From: Candidatus Enterousia sp.
Lineage (GTDB): Bacteria > Pseudomonadota > Alphaproteobacteria > Rs-D84
Length of the DNA stretch: 64,000 nt
NCBI GenBank assembly: GCA_045645065.1
Contig: JAZRIB010000013.1
Span: 230-64,229, forward strand
Direction: 5' to 3'
The notes beneath the pieces are model-generated. The model searched no databases, had not been told where the DNA came from, and was given only the letters and a program-made list of their open reading frames with translations. Shown piece by piece: positions 19,368-29,320 of the stretch. Numbering within the stretch: the stretch's first letter is position 1; each line of letters begins with the position of its first letter. The position numbers were made by a program, and so were the translations under genes.

Positions 19368-20984
19368 ATGAGGAAAGTCGAAAAAATATTTACAGGTGTT
19401 GCACTGGTTGCCGTTGTTGCGGTTGTTGCTGGCGCGATGTTTTTGCATATAAACACAACTGAACAATCGGGGGGTGGGGCGTTTCCAACAACCCAATATG
19501 GCGCGTTCTTGGCAGCACAGCATGCGATTTATGTGAATGATTTTGAAAATGCTGCTAGATTTTCAGATGTGCTTAAAAACACAGAATACACAACGGTTCA
19601 AAACACTAAATTTTTATCAGAATTTTTAAGTGGTAAAATGCCTGTGGATGCCAAATTATTAAAGTCTGAAAAGACTCCTGCGGCTAAGATTATTTATGAT
19701 GCGTATTTGGTAACCCAGGATGAATGGAAGGCGTTTCATAATCGTCATAAAACAGATGAATCTGCATTGTCTGCACCGTTTCGTGTATGGTCTGCGATTC
19801 CGAACGATTGGCGTACAAACACGTTCAAGTTTATAGACAGATTACCAACCAATGATTCATGGAAATCGTTTGTTCGTGGGCAAATTTACACGGAACTGGG
19901 CGACATAGATAAAGCAAACATAGAATTTGCTAAGGTGCACCCAGACTTTATGAATATAAACGATTATATGTATTTGATGTCGTTTTATAATCATCATGGT
20001 TTGCTTGAAGATGCGCGTGTTTTGCATGATGATTTTGTTGCGCGCCCGGGTGGTATGTTCTTGGTTGATTTTGATGATTATCCAGCGTGGGAAACGTTCA
20101 GTGGATATAAAAATCAACTGGCGTTCAGTTTGGTTCAATCTGTATCGCATACACAGATTATGATGTATTCAGATTTAGCGATGTTGTTCTTGCGTTTTGC
20201 GCAAATAACTGCGCCTGAATTTGCAGAAAATAATGATGCTGTAAACTATTATCTGGGCCAGTATTTTTACACAAACAAAGGCAATTATAAGGCGTATTTT
20301 GATAAAATTTCTTCGTCTTCGCCATTTAAGTTGTTTGCAACGCATCGCATAGCCGAACGTACAGGCGATACTAAATTATTAATGTCTGTGTTGGAACAAA
20401 ACCCATTGTTTGTACCTGCGATAAACACAGTTGTTTCAAAATCGATAAAACAAGGTGACAAACGTACTGCATTGCGTGTGGTTAATCGTGCATTAAAAAG
20501 TGAAAATATAAGCGAAATAGGGCGGTCTTTTTTATACAAAACACGCGCCCAGATATATTATGTTTTTGGCAATCTTGGTGATGCGCAATCTGATTTACAC
20601 ACGGCATCCAGTGTATTGGGTATGGATGCGGATATTTTATCGTTACAGGCAAAAATTTGGGCGGCCCAGAATCGTGAAATTGAAAATGCATACGAATATG
20701 CGATGGGGTTGGTTCGCCAAAATCCCTCTGATGTGTTTGCGTGGGACACATTGGGGCGTGTTGTTGCCACGCGTGAAGGAACAGAATCTGCGCTTGAATT
20801 AATATCCAGGGTAGGTGATGTTTCGAACACCTGTTCTTCGTTGTTTGAATTTATGGGTGATTTATATGAACGGGCCGGGGACTGTGATCGTGCGCGTCAA
20901 TCATATATGCGTGCAATTGATTTATCTGATGATGGTATGGTCATTGTTCCTAATATCGAAAGAAAACTAAGGGAATTAAAATGA
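19368..20984 (+). CDS. membrane-anchored TPR-like repeat protein
   Basis: N-terminal TM (VALVAVVAVVAGAMFL) and C-terminal TPR-like helices (GDLYERAGDCDRARQSYMRAIDL). Its stop overlaps the gpsA start (ATGA). Confidence 0.65.
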   Translation: MRKVEKIFTGVALVAVVAVVAGAMFLHINTTEQSGGGAFPTTQYGAFLAAQHAIYVNDFENAARFSDVLKNTEYTTVQNTKFLSEFLSGKMPVDAKLLKSEKTPAAKIIYDAYLVTQDEWKAFHNRHKTDESALSAPFRVWSAIPNDWRTNTFKFIDRLPTNDSWKSFVRGQIYTELGDIDKANIEFAKVHPDFMNINDYMYLMSFYNHHGLLEDARVLHDDFVARPGGMFLVDFDDYPAWETFSGYKNQLAFSLVQSVSHTQIMMYSDLAMLFLRFAQITAPEFAENNDAVNYYLGQYFYTNKGNYKAYFDKISSSSPFKLFATHRIAERTGDTKLLMSVLEQNPLFVPAINTVVSKSIKQGDKRTALRVVNRALKSENISEIGRSFLYKTRAQIYYVFGNLGDAQSDLHTASSVLGMDADILSLQAKIWAAQNREIENAYEYAMGLVRQNPSDVFAWDTLGRVVATREGTESALELISRVGDVSNTCSSLFEFMGDLYERAGDCDRARQSYMRAIDLSDDGMVIVPNIERKLRELK

Positions 20985-21844
20985 AAGTATCTGTGATTGG
21001 GGCTGGTGCCTGGGGCACCGCATTGGCTATTATTACATCACGTGGTGGTTCAGATGTTGTATTGTGGTCATACGATAACGAATACAAACATTTTGACAAT
21101 GTTGAAATACCAAACAATATCAAACTGGTAACAGATATGTCGAATGTCCAAGATAGTGACATTTGGTTAATCGCAACACCTGCGGCATTTTTTCGTGAAA
21201 CATTGCGTTCCGCACATTCGTTTTATAAGGGGCAACCTATAATCATTTGCACCAAGGGCGCAGAAAGTTCGACAGGTGCATTTACATATGAAATGTTGCG
21301 TGATGAATTGCCAGAATGTAAATCGTATGCAGTATTATCTGGTCCGCAATTTGCAGTCGAAGTTGCCCAAGGTGTTCCCACAGGTTCAACACTTGCGGGT
21401 ACAGTGGATGCGATTTCAATTGGCAAACAGGTATTAAACAAACTTTACATCGAAGAATCTGATGATGTTATTGGTGCTGAATTATGCGGAATGGGCAAGA
21501 ATGCAGTTGCGTTAATATGTGGTTATAATTCTGTTGCGTGTCGTGGCGAAAATGATCGTGCAATGTTGTTTACGCGTGCCTGGAACGAGATAGTAGAACT
21601 TGGTCTTGCATCTGGTGCGAAAACGCGCACATTTTTAGGTTTGTGTGGCATAGGGGATTTGTTTTTATCTGCGACATCACCGACCAGTCGAAATTATTCA
21701 GGCGGTGTATCGATTGCACGTGGGTGTGCACCGGTTGGCACGGTTGAAGGATTGTTTGCGTTGGGTGGGTTAATTGCGCGTGCGCGTGCATTGAATGTAC
21801 CAACACCTGTGCTGTGTGAAATGCGCGACAAGATGGGACTATAA
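20981..21844 (+). CDS. gpsA: NAD(P)H-dependent glycerol-3-phosphate dehydrogenase (short form)
   Basis: MKVSVIGAGAWGTALA Rossmann motif and the LSGPQFAVEVAQGVPT and GKNAVAL blocks. Confidence 0.88.
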   Translation: MKVSVIGAGAWGTALAIITSRGGSDVVLWSYDNEYKHFDNVEIPNNIKLVTDMSNVQDSDIWLIATPAAFFRETLRSAHSFYKGQPIIICTKGAESSTGAFTYEMLRDELPECKSYAVLSGPQFAVEVAQGVPTGSTLAGTVDAISIGKQVLNKLYIEESDDVIGAELCGMGKNAVALICGYNSVACRGENDRAMLFTRAWNEIVELGLASGAKTRTFLGLCGIGDLFLSATSPTSRNYSGGVSIARGCAPVGTVEGLFALGGLIARARALNVPTPVLCEMRDKMGL

Positions 21845-21871
21845 AAAATCCCGCCATTTGGCGGGATTTTT
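21843..21871. terminator. bidirectional terminator between convergent gpsA and der
   Basis: A6, stem tcccgcca/tggcggga, T5. Confidence 0.8.
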
Positions 21872-21878
21872 ATCTATG

Positions 21879-23216
21879 TCAGTCAAATGGATTATCAGAC
21901 TTTTCGTATTCAATTACAATAGGCAGGTGTTCCCACTTTAACGCTGTCGCAATTCCGCGCCGCAGATATCGTGTATATGATTCTGGAATATCGGATGCCC
22001 CACCAACATTAATTGTTATACGCATTGGATGTCGTCCCGTTTGGCGTGCGAATTTAATTTTCATCGGGCGTTTCAGGCGCGACATTGGTGGTTGACGTTC
22101 TGCAACTAATTTTTCGACAATTCTGTTCACCAAACTGGTTGGTGCCTGGGCAGATGAAATATCCCACTGTTCATATACGCGTTTGAAAAGATTTTGAACG
22201 CCTGTTCCTTTTTCTGCCGAAATAGCCAGAATCAAAGGTTTGATAATCTGGTGAAAAGAATTTGAGAACTGATGTTTTAGTTTTAATAATTTTTCATCAC
22301 GTTCGGCTGGGTCGATTAAATCCCATTTATTCAGTGCAACGCATAAAATTTTACCAGCGTCATATACGCGCCCCGCAATCCCCAGTGCCTGATTTTCAAT
22401 ATTCTTTGTTGCATCCACAACCAATATAATCACATCGGCTTTGCCAATAGCGTCCAGTGATTTTAACGCAGACAATGTTTCTACATCGTCTTTGACCCCG
22501 GCCTTACGGCGCAATCCAGCAGTGTCCATCAAAACAATATCACGACCATAGAATTTTGTTGGAATTTTAACAGTGTCGCGTGTAATACCTGGTGCGTCCA
22601 TAACAATCTGGCGTTGTTGTCCCAACACCCGATTAACCAGTGTTGATTTACCAACATTTGGTTGACCCATAATTGCAATTTTAACGCGTGTATCGGGGGC
22701 TTTTTCTGTGACGGGCACATCTGTTGTGTCATCGCCGGCTATTTTATCCAGAAATTCAAAAATCGCATCAAATCCACGTTTGTGTTCCGCAGAAATCATT
22801 TGTGGTTCGCCAAAGCCCAGTTTGTAAAAGTCGTGTACATCGGCCATACGTTTGCCAGATTCAGATTTGTTAACCAACAACAGTACAGGCGCTTTTGTTT
22901 TTCTGCGAACCAAACGCGCCCAATCCAGATCTTCGTTTGTTAAACCGACGCGACCATCAACAACGAACAGAACGGCATCTGCTGCAACAATTGCGTCAAT
23001 CGCCATATTTGTAGAATCCAGTGCAATGCCACTTTTTGCGTTTTCTAAACCTGCTGTATCCATTACTGTGTATGGACGATTACAGAACGTGCCATCGATA
23101 CAATCACGCGTGACACCTGGGCGATCATGTACCAATGCGTCGCGTGTGCCTGTTAATGCGTTAAATAATGTGGACTTGCCGGTATTTGGGCGTCCAGCTA
23201 TGGTTACTTTTATCAT
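21879..23216 (-). CDS. der: ribosome biogenesis GTPase Der (EngA)
   Basis: Two GTPase domains (GRPNTGKSTLFNAL and GQPNVGKSTLVNRV) plus a KH-like C-terminus. Confidence 0.95.
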   Translation of the reverse strand: MIKVTIAGRPNTGKSTLFNALTGTRDALVHDRPGVTRDCIDGTFCNRPYTVMDTAGLENAKSGIALDSTNMAIDAIVAADAVLFVVDGRVGLTNEDLDWARLVRRKTKAPVLLLVNKSESGKRMADVHDFYKLGFGEPQMISAEHKRGFDAIFEFLDKIAGDDTTDVPVTEKAPDTRVKIAIMGQPNVGKSTLVNRVLGQQRQIVMDAPGITRDTVKIPTKFYGRDIVLMDTAGLRRKAGVKDDVETLSALKSLDAIGKADVIILVVDATKNIENQALGIAGRVYDAGKILCVALNKWDLIDPAERDEKLLKLKHQFSNSFHQIIKPLILAISAEKGTGVQNLFKRVYEQWDISSAQAPTSLVNRIVEKLVAERQPPMSRLKRPMKIKFARQTGRHPMRITINVGGASDIPESYTRYLRRGIATALKWEHLPIVIEYEKSDNPFD

Positions 23217-23282
23217 ATTTTTTCCATTGATTTTTTATAATTATAAAGCAAAAATATAAATAATCAAATCTGGGGGTAAAAA

Positions 23283-23876
23283 ATGATAAAAAAATTTAAG
23301 CGCGCTTTTAAGCATGTACGCGATATTGTCGTTAACCCACGTCATTATTTTACAAAAATAGTAGCAGATGGTAATATGGAAGAAGCCATGTTTAAGGCGT
23401 TCTTGTGGGGATTACTGGGTGGTGTATTGGTTTTTGCAATAAATATGCTGACTGGGGCATCGTTTACAATTGGCTCTTTATTTAATGCATTGATAATCAC
23501 CCCTGTCATAGCGGTTGGTATATTGTTTGTCATGGGTGGTTTATTGATGCTTGTGTCTGAAATCACAGGTGGTGAACGTGATTGGGAAATTGCAATTAAA
23601 GCATTAGCGTCTGTATTTTTTATGTATCCAGTAATATTGGGTGTAAATGCATTGGCTTTTAATTGTACGTCTATATGGATAATCAGTATATTGGTCGATA
23701 TATACATATTGTTTTTGTTTTATAATATTGCGCTGTACGCAATGCGTGGCAATCGCAGCAATGTTATTATGGTGTTTGCGATAATTGCGTTGTTTTTGCT
23801 TACTGTATATGCCACAGATTATAGAATGGGTTGGTTTGTATTAAAAAATAACAGTGCTGCATTTGCATGCTTATAA
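23283..23876 (+). CDS. Yip1-like multi-pass membrane protein
   Basis: About five predicted TM helices after a short N-terminal cytoplasmic segment. The family assignment is by topology and length only. Confidence 0.55.
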   Translation: MIKKFKRAFKHVRDIVVNPRHYFTKIVADGNMEEAMFKAFLWGLLGGVLVFAINMLTGASFTIGSLFNALIITPVIAVGILFVMGGLLMLVSEITGGERDWEIAIKALASVFFMYPVILGVNALAFNCTSIWIISILVDIYILFLFYNIALYAMRGNRSNVIMVFAIIALFLLTVYATDYRMGWFVLKNNSAAFACL

Positions 23877-23878
23877 AT

Positions 23879-23904
23879 CCCCCGCCACATGGCGGGATTT
23901 TTTT
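23879..23904 (+). terminator. intrinsic terminator
   Basis: Stem cccgcc/ggcggg with acat loop, followed by T7. Confidence 0.8.
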
Positions 23905-24004
23905 ATGGTTATATTAGAAAGTAAGATAACTTTCCCTTTTCATTTATAAAATTTATTGCTATAGTGCAATTGCTAAAACAATAAAAACAAAAAAGGATGG
24001 AAAA

Positions 24005-24670
24005 ATGGCAACAAAATCAAACGTAAATCCAGTTGCAAAAAATTATGCAAAAATTGGAATTATTGCCGCAATTGTTATCGCAGTTGCAGCATGTGGCACA
24101 TGGCTGGTGGCCAGTTTGAATAGTAATTCTGGTGCATCTGTCGAAGAATCGATGGAAATGGTATCTGGCGATGCTGCAAATGCGTCAAATCTGCGTATTG
24201 CTGTAATTCGTATGGATGCGATTCAAACAGACGCTGCGGCATTAAAAGATTTGCGTAAACAGAAAGAAAACTATGAATCTAAATTGCGTGATGAATTAAC
24301 AAAACGCCAGAAAGAACTTGAAAAAGAAAAGACAGAAATCGAAAAATCCCAAGACGTTTTGTCACGCGAAGCATTGCAACGTCGTGTCGTTGATTACCAA
24401 GGACGTGTTAATGATTTGCAACGTGATTTAACAGAACGTGCACAAAGTATTGAAAAATCATACCAGAAAGCATTAAGCGAAGTTCAAACAAAACATTTGG
24501 ACCCAATCATCGAAGGTACAATTGCAAAAAAGAAATTGTCATTGGTTGTTGATGGTCGTTTTGCACGTGTTGGTGCCGATGCAGAAAATCTGGATATAAC
24601 AGAAGAAATCGTAAAAGCTTTGGACAAGAAAGTATCAAAAGTTAAAATGGATACACCAAAGGGTTTCTAA
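24005..24670 (+). CDS. OmpH/Skp-like periplasmic chaperone
   Basis: N-terminal anchor or signal, then a long coiled coil (KQKENYESKLRDELTKRQKELEKEK...) and a terminal LSLVVD block typical of the OmpH family. Confidence 0.7.
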   Translation: MATKSNVNPVAKNYAKIGIIAAIVIAVAACGTWLVASLNSNSGASVEESMEMVSGDAANASNLRIAVIRMDAIQTDAAALKDLRKQKENYESKLRDELTKRQKELEKEKTEIEKSQDVLSREALQRRVVDYQGRVNDLQRDLTERAQSIEKSYQKALSEVQTKHLDPIIEGTIAKKKLSLVVDGRFARVGADAENLDITEEIVKALDKKVSKVKMDTPKGF

Positions 24671-24682
24671 AAAAACAAAAAC

Positions 24683-24712
24683 AAAAGATTCCCGCCAAAT
24701 GGCGGGTTTTTT
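24683..24712. terminator. bidirectional terminator between the skp-like and OmpA-like genes
   Basis: Stem cccgcc/ggcggg with aaat loop, followed by T6. Confidence 0.75.
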
Positions 24713-25388
24713 ATCGCACAGGCGCAATACGTAATTCAACGCGTCGATTGGTTAAACGTCCGATATCGTCTTGGGCTGCAATAGGGCGGGTTGCGCCACG
24801 TCCTATGATAAACAAACGTGTTGTATTTATGTCATGCTGACTAAAATAAACACCGACCCGTTGTGCCATATCCGCCGACAGCGCATTTGACGCAACTGTA
24901 TTTTGCATTGCGTCTGTATATCCAGCGATTTCAATAAACGTGGCATCGTACTGTTTTAATATTTTACTGATTGTGTTAAGTGTATCGTCGCCTGTTGCAG
25001 ATATTTGCGCGGCATTTAATTCCATAATTGCATCACGCACCAGTACGACAACAACGTCTGTCCCTGCGCGTTGTACGGAAATTCCTGGTTTTCGCAAACT
25101 GTCATAAAGTGCAAATTCCAATTCAGACATATATTTTATAATTCGTGCGTTATCATTTGCTAATTTGTCCCCATATTCTGATACAGGTTTTGTTACATTT
25201 TCATCCAGAATAACACGTCCGCCCGCCCCCAGATATACAGGTCGCTTAGCAATGCGTGCAGTATCAGTCATGTCTGAAAAACTTGCCCCGTTCAAATAAT
25301 GCGTCCATGTTGTGCGTTCCGGACTGGCGTACGGTGCACAAGCACTTAAAACGATTGAAAAAAAACAAAGTGCTAAATTTTTATGCAT
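24711..25388 (-). CDS. lipoprotein with C-terminal OmpA/MotB-like peptidoglycan-binding domain
   Basis: Lipobox VLSAC. C-terminal IEIAGYTDAMQNTVASNALSADMAQRVGVYF...GRLTNRRVELRIAP matches the OmpA_C pattern. Its start is 1 nt after the pilin-like gene stop. Confidence 0.8.
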   Translation of the reverse strand: MHKNLALCFFSIVLSACAPYASPERTTWTHYLNGASFSDMTDTARIAKRPVYLGAGGRVILDENVTKPVSEYGDKLANDNARIIKYMSELEFALYDSLRKPGISVQRAGTDVVVVLVRDAIMELNAAQISATGDDTLNTISKILKQYDATFIEIAGYTDAMQNTVASNALSADMAQRVGVYFSQHDINTTRLFIIGRGATRPIAAQDDIGRLTNRRVELRIAPVR

Positions 25389-25850
25389 TTACTCTATGAT
25401 AAACGATATTTGATTTGTCGGTGTTGAAAAACAGTTGTCTGACCCTGGACGCAATTCGTATCCATTAACAACGATACTGTTTGTCCAATCTGGAATTGCT
25501 GTTGAAAAATAAGCGCATTCACCCTGTGTTAAATCGGTCAAGTTGATTGAAAAATATTGTCCGTCTGCGCTGGGGGTCACAGACCATTGTTCGCCACCCA
25601 GTGGTGACTTGTCAGATTTTAATGCGCCCGCCTTAATCAAATAGTCAACAGAAAGCCCATAATAATCGCCACGCATTTCCATCAATAGTTTTACATCGTT
25701 TGCAATCTGTTTCAATTGTGATGATGCGATTGAACGTGCGTTGTTGTCGCGCATCATGCCGTACATACCGATTGCAGCCGCAACCATAACAGTCCCCACA
25801 GCGATAACGCCAACAATTTCAATCAAAGAACGCCCTGATTCTGCTTTCAT
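25389..25850 (-). CDS. type IV pilin-like protein (PilS-like by recollection)
   Basis: Short basic leader MKAESG, then RSLIEIVGVIAVGTVMVAAAIG (Glu at +5). C-terminal Cys pair (LTQGECAYF ... DNCFS) like a pilin D-region. AGGAG RBS. Its ATG overlaps the dnaX stop (TAATG). Confidence 0.7.
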   Translation of the reverse strand: MKAESGRSLIEIVGVIAVGTVMVAAAIGMYGMMRDNNARSIASSQLKQIANDVKLLMEMRGDYYGLSVDYLIKAGALKSDKSPLGGEQWSVTPSADGQYFSINLTDLTQGECAYFSTAIPDWTNSIVVNGYELRPGSDNCFSTPTNQISFIIE

Positions 25851-27418
25851 TATTTTACTCCTACGATTTCTGCGTTTTCAAACAAACTCATTGCACTGGC
25901 AATCATTGGGTCTGCGGCTAATTCTTCTTGTTTTTGTTCTGTGATTGTATGTGTATGCACAGATTCAACCATTCGTTCCATTTGCCATTGTTTGCCCGTT
26001 TTATCCATTAACCAAGCGGCAAGACGTGGTGCAAAATCTGCATCACCTTTGCGATCAAAGTATTTGATTTTATTATCTGCGATTTCTGCAACTTCTATAT
26101 TGCTGGAATAATACGAATATAACAGTATTTCTTTTGATTCCTGTAACAATTTTGCCAATTCAATTGCCGATGTGATTTGTGGGTATGCCGGTGTGGCGGG
26201 TTGTGTTACCTCTTGTACAGGGGCGCGATTGTTAAGTGCATCACGTACCGCATTTGCATTTGGGCGCGCGTTTGTATCGTTTTGCTTCATTAATTCAGCC
26301 ACCGTTGGCATATCTGCGATATGCATCATACGAATAATTAACATATCAAAGCATTGTTTTTGATTTCCGCTGGCTTGCATTTCTGGGACGGCTGCTACCA
26401 TAACCTGCCAGATACGGGACAGTGTGTTCAGTGTCGCAGTCTTGTTAATTTCACGAATTTGATTTCGTTGGTCGGCGGTATATGGTGAATTTGTAACTTC
26501 GCCTGCGTGCAGACTTGGGTGCATACGCGTTGCCCAATGTGTCCATTCCATCATATCCAGCAACAACATTGATAAATCTGCGCCATTGTTGTAAATCGCG
26601 TCAACTTTTTCCAATGCGGCGGCGGTGTTTCCAGATAACACTGTTTTCATAAAATCTACAACAACCCCGCGGTCGGCGCGCTTTAACATGTCCAGTACAG
26701 ACGCTTCGTCAACGTGACCGCCAGTTTGTGCGATTGCCTGGTCTAGCAAAGATAACCCATCACGCACAGAACCGTCCGCGGCACGTGCTAATAATTCATT
26801 TGCCCCATCAGACAGTTCGATTTGTTCTTGTTCTGCAATCCATGCAAAATGTTTTTTTAATGTATCAACCGGTACACGCATCAAATCAAAACGCTGACAA
26901 CGTGATAAAATAGTTACAGGCACTTTTCTAATTTCTGTCGTAGCCAGAATAAAAATAACATGTGCAGGTGGTTCTTCTAATGTTTTCAACAGCGCATTAA
27001 ATGCACTGGTTGACAGCATATGTACTTCGTCGATGATATAAACTTTATAGCGACCATTTGTCGGGCGGTATTGTGCCGCATCCAGAATATCGCGCATATT
27101 ATCAACACCGGTGTGTGATGCGGCGTCAATTTCCATAACGTCGATATGTTGACCGGCTGCAATTGTGCGACAATTTTCACACGTGCCACATGGTGTTGCG
27201 GTCGCGGTGTCCGATGACAGACAATTTAATGCCTTGGCTAAAATACGTGCTGTACTGGTTTTTCCAGTTCCGCGAATTCCAGTAAAAATATATGCGTGTG
27301 CAATACGTCCTGTATTAATTGCGGTGGTTAATGTTTTAACCAAAACGTCTTGCCCGATAAGTGTTTGAAAATCTTGACTGCGATATTTTCGTGCTAAAAC
27401 TGTATAGTTGCTATCCAT
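25850..27418 (-). CDS. dnaX: DNA polymerase III subunit gamma/tau
   Basis: GIRGTGKTSTARILAKALNC Walker A, zinc module CGTCENC, and IIDEVHMLS. Start set to ATG 27418 (MDSNYTVLARKYR), which has an AAGGAAG RBS. Confidence 0.93.
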   Translation of the reverse strand: MDSNYTVLARKYRSQDFQTLIGQDVLVKTLTTAINTGRIAHAYIFTGIRGTGKTSTARILAKALNCLSSDTATATPCGTCENCRTIAAGQHIDVMEIDAASHTGVDNMRDILDAAQYRPTNGRYKVYIIDEVHMLSTSAFNALLKTLEEPPAHVIFILATTEIRKVPVTILSRCQRFDLMRVPVDTLKKHFAWIAEQEQIELSDGANELLARAADGSVRDGLSLLDQAIAQTGGHVDEASVLDMLKRADRGVVVDFMKTVLSGNTAAALEKVDAIYNNGADLSMLLLDMMEWTHWATRMHPSLHAGEVTNSPYTADQRNQIREINKTATLNTLSRIWQVMVAAVPEMQASGNQKQCFDMLIIRMMHIADMPTVAELMKQNDTNARPNANAVRDALNNRAPVQEVTQPATPAYPQITSAIELAKLLQESKEILLYSYYSSNIEVAEIADNKIKYFDRKGDADFAPRLAAWLMDKTGKQWQMERMVESVHTHTITEQKQEELAADPMIASAMSLFENAEIVGVK

Positions 27419-27497
27419 GCTAAAACTTCCTTTTGACATACAATAGCAAACCAACACTAAATTTCAACAAATAAAGTGTATAAAAGTACGATTTTTA

Positions 27498-27812
27498 TCA
27501 GTTCAAGTTTGTAATAAAATCAGGAAATGGACTTTCTTCGTCTTCTTCTTTGTCGGTTGTATTATTGGCTTCGGCCTCTGCGATTGCTTTTTCGGCGGCG
27601 GGTTTTTCTTTGCTGTCACGGCTGGAATCAATCTTGCCTTGTTCTGCGTTTACAATACGCCCATAGTGTTCAGCGGCCTGTAACAAACGTTCACGTTCGA
27701 TTTCATCTGCGGTTTGGCGCGCTAAGTCTATATATTGTTTTCTTTTCTGACGCCATTTATGACAACGTTGAATCATTTGTCCGACATTGGATTGATTTTT
27801 TTTGTTTTGCAT
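27498..27812 (-). CDS. DUF4167-like alphaproteobacterial protein
   Basis: YIDLARQTADEIERERLLQAAEHYGRIV resembles the conserved Y..LAR.....GD....EN..QHAEHY.R core of DUF4167 (from memory). The rest is basic and low-complexity. Confidence 0.6.
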   Translation of the reverse strand: MQNKKNQSNVGQMIQRCHKWRQKRKQYIDLARQTADEIERERLLQAAEHYGRIVNAEQGKIDSSRDSKEKPAAEKAIAEAEANNTTDKEEDEESPFPDFITNLN

Positions 27813-27964
27813 ATTATTTCTTTTGTTGTATGGAAAGTTTTTCTCTATTAATTTCACATAAATACTGAAATCAACGAAACAGATGTTAATCTATCTGAAA
27901 ACTGATTGCAATATTTTTTTTCTGTTGCTATTCTTGGAATTAAGTAGGGGGGGATATCAAACAA

Positions 27965-29320
27965 TTGCGTAAACAATCTGGTAATTTTCTTGTCCAGGCA
28001 TTATTAGCATTAACGCTGATATTTGCATTTATACCATTTGTTGCGACGCAACTTGCTGCGCGCAATGTTGATGCGCAAATGTATTCTGCCACGCGCCAGA
28101 TAAACAATGCATCGGCTGCGGCGCGTATATTTATCCGTGAAAACGTCCGTCATATTTCTTATGGGCAAACAATTGTAGCGGGCGATGATTTTGCAGATGT
28201 TCTGGAACCTTATGGGCTGCCATTGGGGTTTGTGCCGCGTACCGCCCTTGGCCAGGATATTGTTCTGGTTATGAATAAAACCCCGATGGGGATTTCTGCG
28301 CATCTTGATATAACAGGTGGTGGGTTATCTGAATTAGAATTGGCTGAATTAATACGACGTGTTGGTTTTTATGCATCATCTATTGAAAATGGTATTCGTG
28401 TTGGTGTTGTGTTAACTGATGATTATTCAGACGTTGTTCGTCGTAATGAACTTGATTTAGATAACAGTGGATTTTTAACCAATATTGATTTGGGGAACAA
28501 TTCTTTCTTGAATGCAGGTAACGTGTTTGCTTTGCGTGGCGATTTTGTATCGGGCCAGTTTACAACGTTGTCTATTGTTGGTACAGAATCAGGTCGCAAG
28601 GCGCAAAATGATATAAAAAATATTACAGCCAATAAATCAGTATTTCAAAGTCGTACCGGCGAAGCAGCATTGGCCTTGTTGCGTGGCACATTAAAACTGG
28701 GGACGATGGACGCGCGCACTGTGTCCAAGTTTGGCGAAGGTTCAAACTTTACTGCAAATTCAGCCGCGGTTTCTGATTTTTCAATGACTGCTGGTCGTAC
28801 AGCGTTTACAGGCCCTGCAAAATGGAATGTTCATGGCAATGTTGCAACCAGTAACATCAGTCTTAGTACAGAACGTCTGGATATAGATTCGTATCTAAAT
28901 GTTGCGCGCGGTCAAGATGTGTTTGTTGATGCGGACACGTTGGAATACAGTACAAAAAGTGGAATCGAAGCAGGGACAGTATACGCATCAAATATAACAG
29001 TTCGTGATCAAACGTCCCAGGGTTTAATTGGTGGGGCAGGTGGGGCGACAATCCTTGAAATTCGTCCTGCTGGTGCGTCATTGTTGCCAGATGTTTTAGT
29101 TGATTCTATAAACAATGATAAATTTGCTATTTTGAAAAACCCATCTGCTGATAATGGCGACGTTATCACGTGCAAGGATATTATTATTGATTTTGGTGGT
29201 GTGTATAATTCCAAATCATTGGCGCAAAATTTAATATGCCAATACGTTTTCTGGCAGCGTCTGGAACACAGAATACAAATCAAACAATGTTTAATGGCGG
29301 GTGGCAATGATTGTATTTAA
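27965..29320 (+). CDS. giant pseudopilin-like protein, paralogue 1 (PilV-like by recollection)
   Basis: TTG start behind a G7 RBS. Leader MRKQSG, then NFLVQALLALTLIFAFIPF (Gln at +5). Shares an N-terminal helix, a mid-protein motif (NIDLGNNSFLNAGNV) and length with the next two genes. Four Cys lie in the last 50 residues. Confidence 0.7.
   Translation: MRKQSGNFLVQALLALTLIFAFIPFVATQLAARNVDAQMYSATRQINNASAAARIFIRENVRHISYGQTIVAGDDFADVLEPYGLPLGFVPRTALGQDIVLVMNKTPMGISAHLDITGGGLSELELAELIRRVGFYASSIENGIRVGVVLTDDYSDVVRRNELDLDNSGFLTNIDLGNNSFLNAGNVFALRGDFVSGQFTTLSIVGTESGRKAQNDIKNITANKSVFQSRTGEAALALLRGTLKLGTMDARTVSKFGEGSNFTANSAAVSDFSMTAGRTAFTGPAKWNVHGNVATSNISLSTERLDIDSYLNVARGQDVFVDADTLEYSTKSGIEAGTVYASNITVRDQTSQGLIGGAGGATILEIRPAGASLLPDVLVDSINNDKFAILKNPSADNGDVITCKDIIIDFGGVYNSKSLAQNLICQYVFWQRLEHRIQIKQCLMAGGNDCI

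Noticed and set aside
20981-21844. gpsA is short (287 aa) compared with typical homologues, so it was considered a possible pseudogene.
   Set aside because: The frame is intact and the Rossmann and substrate-binding blocks are present. The start is translationally coupled (ATGA) to the upstream gene. The shortening looks like loop loss typical of reduced genomes.
26852-26858. An A AAA AAA slippery heptamer in dnaX (T7 on the plus strand), considered as a possible -1 frameshift site producing gamma.
   Set aside because: It lies around codon 200 of about 520, inside the clamp-loader ATPase region. That is far upstream of where gamma ends in known systems, and the -1 frame stops after about 15 codons, so the product would be non-functional.
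27947-27953. G7 tract just upstream of the first pseudopilin gene, considered as a phase-variation (slipped-strand) switch.
   Set aside because: Comparable G5-G6 runs sit at RBS distance before housekeeping genes (xseB, mreB, the Yip1-like gene, the GNAT gene and the 32385 gene). The tract is most simply this genome's Shine-Dalgarno variant. Read-level length heterogeneity would be needed to revive the idea.
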